Of a DNA stretch of 64,000 nt, positions 56,598 to 64,000 are shown in pieces. Each line of letters starts with the position of its first letter. Position 1 is the stretch's first letter. The position numbers and the translations under genes were made by a program. This DNA is from Hyaloraphidium curvatum SAG 235-1 (taxonomy: Eukaryota > Fungi > Monoblepharomycota). Where the stretch lies: contig JAIVFI010000014.1 of NCBI GenBank assembly GCA_025558095.1, forward strand, positions 62,001 to 126,000. The letters are read 5' to 3'. The notes beneath the pieces were generated by a model, which saw nothing but the letters and a program-made list of their open reading frames with translations, searched no databases and had not been told where the DNA came from.

Positions 56598-58437
56598 ATG
56601 CTCGGCGGGTCCGCGAAGATGGCCGCGGCGGACGACGACATGGAGGTCGAGGGGCTCTTCTCCGCCGGCCCCGCGCCCGACTCGGAGCCGCCCGGGCCCG
56701 AACCCGCAGCCGACGCCGTCGCCCGCTTCCGCGGGGAGGGAAAGAGGTGGGCGACGCGCGCCGGCACGCCGACCGTCTGACGCGCCGCAGCCTGCTCGAG
56801 CCGCCCGGGCCCGACTCCGCGCGCGCGAAACCGCTCGTGCGGCCGACCGCCGAGTGCAAGACGCTCGGCGACAGGATGGTGGTCGCAGACCGCGGCTACA
56901 GCCAGCAGTACGCGGGCATGTACTTCATACGGCTGGCGCTGCTGCGGAAACGCGTCGTGAATGCCGCACAGGCCAAGTGGAAGGATCTTCCGGGTGCGTT
57001 CGTTCTGCCTCGCCATAGCGCCCTCGAATCTGACTGGACGGGACGACAGGAGGGAGGAAGCCCGAGTACGTCCAACGCGTCCTCGACATCCAGCCCAACA
57101 TGCTCTGTTTCGTGGTCGGTACCGTCTATATGGACATGCCGGAAAAGCCCAACATTCTCGACGAGGTCACGGCTGAGGTTTGTTTGCCCACTTCCTGGCC
57201 ACTTTCTCCATTCACTCCTCGCCGTCCCAGCACTACGTCGTTGCCCCGCCCCCCCGCGAAAAGTACCTCTCGGACCGCGACGTCGCGACGCTCGAGGACG
57301 AAAGCGGCCGCGTGACGCTCAACCCCGAATCCACCGCTCTCATGCGCAAGGAGGGCCTCGTCACGGGCGTCGTCTGCGGGCTGCTGGGCCGCGAGGGCGA
57401 CAAGGGCGAGTTCGAGGTGGTCGACGTGTGCTTCCCCGAATGGGAAGCCGGCGACGGGGTACCGCGCGGCGTGCCGGGGCGCGGGGAGAGGTGGATCGCG
57501 CTGGTTTCGGGGCTCAACGTGGCCCGCGCGGGCCCGCTGGTGCGCGCGGAGATGCTGTGCGATTTCCTCGCGGGCGGGCTCGGGGTGGGCGCGGACCAGC
57601 AGGCGGCGGCAAAGATCGTGAGGACGGTGGTGGCGGGCAACTCGGTCGGCAGGCCGCCGGCGCTCTTTTCGGGCCTCTCCATGTCGTCCTCGGACGCCTC
57701 GCAGCTCGGGCGGACCAAGCGCACCGCCGCGCAGGCGGCAGCGGAGGAGGCCAACAACCCGCTCAGGATCCTGGACGCGCTGCTGGATTCGCTGGCGGCC
57801 AACATGGAGATCGACGTGATGCCTGGGGAGCGCGACCCGGCCACGTACAGCTGGCCTCAGCAGCCGATCCTCCCCGCGCTGCTCCCGAAGACGACGCGGT
57901 ACTCGGAAACCGTCATGCTGCGCACCAACCCGTACGAGTGTGAGGTCGAAGGCTGCAGGTGGGTCTCTTCTCGTTGCCGCCGCTATGCTCTTCCTCTGTC
58001 TCATGTTCTTTGCCCAGGATCCTCGGCACGTCGGGCCAGAACATCGACGATATCTTCAAGTACGTCGAGACCGAGGATCGCCTCCGCATCGCCGAAAACA
58101 CCATGGACTGGGCCAACATCGCCCCCACCGCCCCCGACACCCTATGTGTGTCTTTTTGTCGCTCCCGCCCCGCAGGATGTTGACCGCCCCTGCAGTCTCG
58201 TACCCATTCAAGTCCATCGACCCCTTCGTCCTCCAGAACCTCCCGGACCTCTACTTCGTCGGCAACCAGCCCGCCTTTGCCACCTCGGTGTGGAAGGGCC
58301 GCACCCGCGTCGTGCTCGTGCCCGACTTTTCCAAAACGGGCGAGATCGTCCTCGTCGAGGTCGGCGGGCGCGGCAAGGTCGGCGAGTGCTGCGTGGTGCG
58401 GATCGGGACGGCGGGTTTCGGGGACGGGGAGGAATGA
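56598..58437 (+). CDS. POL31: DNA polymerase delta small subunit (Pol31/Cdc1/POLD2); multi-exon
   Basis: YSQQYAGMYFIRL, LEDESGRV, MPGERDP, PQQP, TNPY, GTSGQNIDDI, APTAPDTL, DPFVL and YFVGNQ. Confidence 0.93.
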
Positions 58438-58522
58438 CCATGCCGGCTTGGGAGCCGGACGTCTTGGGATACCACGCAGCGCACAAGCACCCTGTACATT
58501 CCGCAACGCGACCCAATGGGCA

Positions 58523-60358
58523 TCAGAGATACCCTAACCTGGTTTCCGCCCACGAGGAGAGCACCTCCAGCGCGCCACCGCCGAGCCCGCCGACGATCGC
58601 CGCGAGAACCACGGTCCCTGCCGACAGGGGCATGAACGAGTCCCTGGCTTCGGTCCAGGTCCACAGCGGGAGCGAGGGCTGGTACGGCAGCGTGAAGGCG
58701 AGGGCGGCGAAGGTGGCGGCGACGGCGAACCTGCATGCCGGGCGGAGGTACCTCGCCGCGGTGCGCCTCCATCCTTTCACGCCCTGCACACGCCCCGGGA
58801 GGACCAGCATAGCCAGGAGACCCCACAAGATCGCCCATCCCAGTAAGATCGCACACCGGAGGTCCGGCACCGTGGCCGCCAGCGACGCCGTGCCCTGCGC
58901 CGCCAGGGGCGGCGCGGCGAGCCCGTACCGCCTGCTGCTCTCGATCGGCATCCCCGGCGGTGGCTGGGAGAGGTACCGCTCGATGGCGATGACGGCGCCG
59001 GGCACGGGGGCGCGGGGCATCTGGGACAGGCGGAGGAGGGCGGAGCAGGTGAAGGAGAGGGCGAGGTGCGCGGCGAGGTGCCACGAGGCCGGGAGGGCGG
59101 AGCGGAGGATGGGGAGGGAGGACACAATGGGCAGGAAGGAGAGGAGAAGAAGGAGGGCGAGGTAGTAGGAGTAGAGGGAGTAGTCGACGGTTGGTTGGTG
59201 CGCGGGGGTGGAGGCGGCGACAATCTCCAAGGCCGCGAACAGGAAGCCGAGCAGCTCTCTGCGGGCAGGAAGCCCCATGGCAGGCGGGTTATCGGCTGGC
59301 GACGGCTCGCCCAGCGTAGATGTGCCGAACGTCTTCAGCCACAGGGCCACCTTTGGCGGCACGACGCTCGAACCCGGCTTGGCCTCGGTCGGCGAGATGA
59401 CCGACCTGCGCGGCCTCGCCTCCAGAACCCTGCCGAGATCCCCTGCCAGGACGCGCACGACCTCCCACGATGCCGCAAACCACCACAGTCCCCCGCTGAG
59501 CTGCGGATTGCCGGCGTCGACGACCCCGGCGAACCCGTAGGCAAAGCATCCCATCGCGAGCAGCCCCACCTCCCACGCGCGCGAAGGTTCCGACCTCTGC
59601 ACGGCCACGAAGCCAAGCTCGACGCAGGCAAGCAACCGCGCGACGACGAGCATGAGGCAGAACGGGGAGGTGGTCGAGGACCGCTCGACAGGGTGCAGGG
59701 CGAAAGGAGAGGCCTGCCCGAAGCCCAGGGCGAGCGCCGGCAGGGCAAACATGCGCATTGCCGAACCCAGAAGAAGGACGGCTGCTGCCAATCGTGGCTT
59801 TTTCCCGGGTGCCAGTCGCAGGTCCGCGGCAGGCAGGCAGCATGAGTAGGTCGTCCAGACCGGTGCCGCGACGAGGAAGAAGCGGCCAATGTCGTTGCGG
59901 GCCACGCCGTTGAGAACGAGGGTCTGCCCGGCGCGGATCAGGGCGTGCGCAAACAACGCTGCGTTCAGCAGCTCGAAGGCGGTCTCCCAAGGTGCTGGCC
60001 TGGTTGGGTCCCGGGCCGCGCTCGCGTCCAGCGCCGACCCGCCGTCCACAGCGTGTGTGCCGCCCATCTCGGGTCCTTCTCCGGCCACCCGCCTTTCGCC
60101 CGACGCACTGGACGCGGCAGTCGTGTCGTCCGAGACCCCCGACGGGGGCGTTGGCAGCAGCTCGCCGGCCCGCTCGTTCGGCCTCAGCGACGCCCCCGTC
60201 CTCGGCGCCGGGGTGTTTTCGGGCACCGCGTCGTCGGCGGTGATTGTCAACGACAGGTGCGACGCCTGCTTGCGCCGCATGGCCGTCGTCCGGAAGGTCT
60301 CGACGTCTCGGGGCGGGTCGGGGCGCGGTTCGGGCGGAGAGCCCGACACGCGGTCCAT
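58523..60358 (-). CDS. Polytopic membrane protein, possibly LtrA (low temperature requirement A)-like
   Basis: 611-aa ORF with about 10-12 hydrophobic segments. PWETAFEL resembles the LtrA N-terminal W-E-L-F motif, which is weak evidence. Confidence 0.5.
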   Translation of the reverse strand: MDRVSGSPPEPRPDPPRDVETFRTTAMRRKQASHLSLTITADDAVPENTPAPRTGASLRPNERAGELLPTPPSGVSDDTTAASSASGERRVAGEGPEMGGTHAVDGGSALDASAARDPTRPAPWETAFELLNAALFAHALIRAGQTLVLNGVARNDIGRFFLVAAPVWTTYSCCLPAADLRLAPGKKPRLAAAVLLLGSAMRMFALPALALGFGQASPFALHPVERSSTTSPFCLMLVVARLLACVELGFVAVQRSEPSRAWEVGLLAMGCFAYGFAGVVDAGNPQLSGGLWWFAASWEVVRVLAGDLGRVLEARPRRSVISPTEAKPGSSVVPPKVALWLKTFGTSTLGEPSPADNPPAMGLPARRELLGFLFAALEIVAASTPAHQPTVDYSLYSYYLALLLLLSFLPIVSSLPILRSALPASWHLAAHLALSFTCSALLRLSQMPRAPVPGAVIAIERYLSQPPPGMPIESSRRYGLAAPPLAAQGTASLAATVPDLRCAILLGWAILWGLLAMLVLPGRVQGVKGWRRTAARYLRPACRFAVAATFAALAFTLPYQPSLPLWTWTEARDSFMPLSAGTVVLAAIVGGLGGGALEVLSSWAETRLGYL

Positions 60359-60642
60359 CCCCGGATTGCGCCGCCGGAACGCCCGGCTGCCGTCACGGAA
60401 ATGTCCGAAAACACAGAAACACGGGCTTCGACCGGGCTTTGGTGGTCAGAAGGGAGACTGCGCTGACCGAATTTGACCCCTTCGAGTTGTTTGCTCGTGG
60501 CGGCCTCGCCACCAAATCGACGCGACGGCAGGAAGCGAAATTTCTGACTGGATCCTGCAAAGGCGCCTTCAAAATCTGCTCTTTCTATCGTCACATTGCT
60601 CTACTGCGCGGCGTCCCGAGCGAAGGTCGCCCGCGGCGCGGA

Positions 60643-61906
60643 ATGGCCACCTTGGGACTCTCGCCCCTCGCCCATCGGCTCTTTCGGGAACCCTCGACGG
60701 ATTCGGTTCTCGTCGCGGCCGCTTTCGGAGATGTCGAGACGCTGAAGGTCGTCGTCAAGGAGCGGCGTCTGAGGAACGAAGATCTCGAAACCATCTGTGT
60801 CGAAGTGGACAGGCCGAGCCGGCTCGAGCTCGACGATGGCGGCAGTGCCGTCCATGCGGCCACTCTCGCGGCGGCGGGCGATCACCTGGACTTTCTCCAG
60901 TATTGGATTTCCCAAAAGTATCCTTTCCATTTCGGGGAGGCTCTTCAGGAGGCTCTCTTCTGTGCTGCGCCACGCACTCTCGCTTACCTTCTTCGGCATG
61001 GGAACTTTAAGGGCAATGAGCGCGATGCTTACCTGTTGTCGGTGGCGATGTTGTCGCATCACGAAAGGAATGTTCCGAGGACTAGGCTCACCGAGTGCTT
61101 CCGGTTGATCCACGAGCACTTCGGCATGCAGTTTTCGCCGTGCGTCGCGCGAAGAGCAACAATGTCTAGCCATATGCTACTGCGACCTTGTCATTGCCTG
61201 CCCCGACGTCTCCGACGACGCGTACGAGATTTTGCGCGATTCGATGGTCCACGGCCCGACGTGGGATACCCGCAGCCAGGACTTGCAATACCTTTTGGAT
61301 TTTGAAGAAGCCGGCGGCCCCGTCCTTGCTCCGCGGCGATACCTGCGCCTCCTCGACGACTTCTTCCCCGATTCGGAGAAGCAGGAGACTCTCCTTTCCG
61401 AACACCACACCACGATCCTCGAGCGGTGGCGGCATCTCGGTCTTTTGCGCCGCCTCCTCTCCTTCCCGAGCCTCGCCAGCGCCGACCACGACCTCCTGGC
61501 CCGCATCCTCGTCGTTTCCGAAGAAGTTGTCGCTTTCGAAAATTCGGCCTCTGAAGCTTTCAAGAAGCACGTCTTCCGCTCCGCGGACCTCGTATCGAAG
61601 CGGCTCGCTGCTGGAGGCGGATCCCTCGTGCTGGCCGTTGCTGTCCGCGCGGCAACCACCAACCCGCTCAGGGGCGCCCGCGGCCTGGTCAGGCTCCTGC
61701 TCTACCGCGGTGCTGGCTCCAATCACCCCTTGCTGAGGGAGGCCGTGGAGGAACACGAGTACAGTGGTTTCGTGGATGATGCCGTGGACGCGGCCAGGTG
61801 GAGGAAGAGGGTCGGGCGGGCGCGCATGGGCGGGCTGCCGGCCGAGGTCAAGGAGAGGATCGCGCTGCTGGCGTGGGAGGGGATGCTGTGCGAAGATGAT
61901 GCGTAG
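60643..61906 (+). CDS. Ankyrin-repeat-like helical protein (frameshift or short intron near 61135)
   Basis: AAAFGDVETLKVVV, AAAGDHLDFLQYWI and GLVRLLLYRGA are ankyrin-like segments, spread over two consecutive frames. Confidence 0.55.
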
Positions 61907-61934
61907 AGTGATGTACGGCAATGAAGCCTCGTAT

Positions 61935-62888
61935 TCACGCCTGCGTCGGAATCGGGCACGAGCTCCCGTCGGGGCTCCAGTATGCGATGATCGCATACCC
62001 CCCGTTCCCGCCGTTCCCCTCCCCCCCGCCCAGCCCGGCGCCCGTGGGCAGCTGCGTCGTGTTGGTGGGCCCGAAGCTCCTCGCGCCGCGGCAGCTGGTG
62101 GCCTTGGCGCATCCCGCTCCGTTCCCGCCGTCCGACCCGCCCGTGCTGCCGGTACCCCCGCCTCCGCCGCCGTATCCGCCGCCGTTGCCGCCGTGGCCCA
62201 GCGGGCCGGTGCTACCCGAGTTCCCTTTCCCGCCGTGCCCGCCGCCCTGCCCGATCGTCTCTCCGTCACCGCCCGCCCCGGCGGTCCCTGATGAGCCGTG
62301 CCCGCCGCCGTTGCCCCCCGTCTTGGGTCCGTTGGATTCGCCGCCGCCGCCCCCCGAGGCGGAAAGCCCGGCGCCCCCGCCTCCGTAGGCACCCGCGCCG
62401 CCCGCCCCGGCGCCCTTGGAGTTCTTGTAGTCCGTCGAATCGGAGCCGGAACCGCCTCCTCCCCCGACGTAGACCTGCAGCGTGGCACCTGCCGGCATCT
62501 CGACCATACGCCACGCCTTGGGCATGGCGTTGTAACCGACCCCGCGCTGCGCGGTCTGAAGGTTCCCCACGGCCTGCCCGCCGTGCCCGCCGGGGGAGTA
62601 CAGCCTAAGTCCCGTAGAAAGCTGCAGCGCCGTTGACCCTCCGCCTCCTCCGCGGCCGACCTTGGGGTCGTCCTCCTTGTAATATCCCGGCACGGATATG
62701 CCGGCATTGCAGCCGCCGCCACCGCCGCCCACGAGAGAGACGTTGGCGACGATGGTAGAAGGGAGCGTGATGTCGATGGTGGAGACGATGTTGGCGACGC
62801 AGAGCTTCTGCGCGGAGGCGGGGGATGGTCCGAGGAAAGCTGCCGTGCCCGCGAGCAGCGCAGACAGGAGAAGCCGGGATCCTCGCAT
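61935..62888 (-). CDS. Secreted glycine-rich-domain protein
   Basis: Signal peptide MRGSRLLLSALLAGTAAFLGPSPASA, then SLVGGGGGG, VYVGGGG, GGxGG repeats and terminal GGNGGYAIIAY. Confidence 0.8.
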   Translation of the reverse strand: MRGSRLLLSALLAGTAAFLGPSPASAQKLCVANIVSTIDITLPSTIVANVSLVGGGGGGCNAGISVPGYYKEDDPKVGRGGGGGSTALQLSTGLRLYSPGGHGGQAVGNLQTAQRGVGYNAMPKAWRMVEMPAGATLQVYVGGGGGSGSDSTDYKNSKGAGAGGAGAYGGGGAGLSASGGGGGESNGPKTGGNGGGHGSSGTAGAGGDGETIGQGGGHGGKGNSGSTGPLGHGGNGGGYGGGGGGTGSTGGSDGGNGAGCAKATSCRGARSFGPTNTTQLPTGAGLGGGEGNGGNGGYAIIAYWSPDGSSCPIPTQA

Positions 62889-63131
62889 TTGTTTGACGTT
62901 GGATGTTGTTGTTGGTTTCAAGCTCGAGGGCGATGCGCTGTTCGGGGCCCCCGATTTATGGAGGCGAGCGGTGATTTTCGCGGCGGAATGTTCCCTGCAC
63001 AGCCCCAGCCCATCGCAAGAATTACCGCTCGCCAGAATCCCTGTCGCCAGAATCGGTTCAGAACTATAAGTGCCCCGCCCCGGCGATCGGATCAAGCCCA
63101 ATCTCCGAATTCTGAGCTTTCGGCTTCAACA

Positions 63132-64000
63132 ATGCGAAACCGCCCTGCTTTCTACGCCGCGCTGCTCGCCTGCGCCGGCCTTGCGCACGCCGCGCCCATC
63201 AACCTCGAACCCCGCCAGACCCAGCCCCTCACCTGCGTCTCGGCCTTTGTCTCCGCCGCGAGCTTCGCCGTCCCCGCCGAGCTCAACGCCACCTCGTTCA
63301 CTGCCAGTCTCATCGGGGGGGCGGGCGGCGCCGGTGGCGCCTACGGAGCTGGCGGGGGCGGCGGTTCTTCGGCAATCGTCTTCATGTACGCCAACGGAAC
63401 TGCCGGCCGAGTTTATGCCGCCGGCGGAAACGGCGGCGACGCATGCGTTTCCTCCTACTGCCAACGCCATCTCCCCACCCCCGGCCTGAGGACCTCGGTC
63501 GCGGGGCTGGCCCTGCTGCCCGGAAGCACCGTCACCGTGACGGTGGGAGGGGGAGGTGGGGGCGGTGCAGGCGGCGACAACGGCAACAACACGTACTGCG
63601 ACCCCTACTATGCCCAGTATGACTGCTTCTACCAGGGGGGCGGCGGCGCCGCGGGGGCGTACGGCGGAAGCGGGGGCGACGCGGTGGACACGCAGCACGG
63701 CGGATCGGGCGGCGAGTCGCACGGCGCCGAGACCGGCGGCCCGGGCGCGGGCAAGGCGCAGGGGGGAACTGCGGCGGCGGGCGGGATGGGCGCCCCGCTG
63801 CCTGACATGTCGTACAACCCCTACGCAAACACCGGCGCGATGGGAGCGCAGGGCGCGATCGGACTCGCAGGTGGCGCGGGGCTGGCGTACGTTTCGCAGG
63901 CGGGTGCCGGGGGCGGCTTCGGCGGGGGCGGGTCCGGAGGAGACGACATGTACGCCTACGGGCAGTGCACGGGCGGGAGCGACGGCGGCGACGGCGAGGG
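63132..64000 (+). CDS. Secreted glycine-rich-domain protein, paralog of 61935-62888; runs off the window end and is absent from the ORF track
   Basis: Open frame from ATG 63132: MRNRPAFYAALLACAGLAHA (signal peptide), SLIGGAGGAGG, GGGGSSAI, AAGGNGG, TVTVGGGGGGG. Confidence 0.8.
   Translation, partial: MRNRPAFYAALLACAGLAHAAPINLEPRQTQPLTCVSAFVSAASFAVPAELNATSFTASLIGGAGGAGGAYGAGGGGGSSAIVFMYANGTAGRVYAAGGNGGDACVSSYCQRHLPTPGLRTSVAGLALLPGSTVTVTVGGGGGGGAGGDNGNNTYCDPYYAQYDCFYQGGGGAAGAYGGSGGDAVDTQHGGSGGESHGAETGGPGAGKAQGGTAAAGGMGAPLPDMSYNPYANTGAMGAQGAIGLAGGAGLAYVSQAGAGGGFGGGGSGGDDMYAYGQCTGGSDGGDGE

Noticed and set aside
1-64000. Selenoprotein (in-frame UGA) genes, tRNA/rRNA genes, transposases, secondary-metabolite cluster
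   Set aside because: Apparent in-frame stops within recognised genes are explained by introns. No cloverleaf, rRNA-like, DDE/RT or PKS/NRPS signature was seen by eye. tRNAscan-SE and SECISearch would be needed to exclude them formally.

Overview
Gene-dense, GC-rich eukaryotic (fungal) genomic DNA with short GT-AG introns, typically 50-70 nt, often with CTGAC/CTAAC branch points. Zn2Cys6 factors, many MYND-finger genes and the base composition suggest an early-diverging fungus; a Monoblepharidomycete such as Hyaloraphidium is my guess, not a result. About 40 protein-coding genes were reconstructed by hand from the ORF track plus splice signals. Recognisable genes: two inverted TauD dioxygenases, a SAP-domain protein, an SDR, an F-box protein, a sterol desaturase/fatty acid hydroxylase, a QDE-1-type RNA-dependent RNA polymerase, a PRL-type phosphatase, a C2-OTU fusion, two Zn2Cys6 factors, a HAPMO-like Baeyer-Villiger monooxygenase, an ENPP, riboflavin synthase, two methyltransferases, an MFS transporter, NAD kinase and the Pol delta small subunit. 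Best leads: (1) a tandem pair of 7-TM proteins with the architecture of insect gustatory/odorant-receptor-like ion channels (7TMIC) and a shared cytosolic His/Cys motif; (2) an unusually long, apparently structured intron in riboflavin synthase; (3) a C-rich to G-rich skew that resets at each exon; (4) a collapsed, inverted relic of a head-to-head MYND gene pair; (5) a C2-OTU deubiquitinase; (6) a divergent pair of secreted glycine-rich-domain proteins. No rRNA, tRNA, CRISPR array or recognisable transposon was seen. All homology calls come from motif recognition, not database searches, and exon boundaries are manual.
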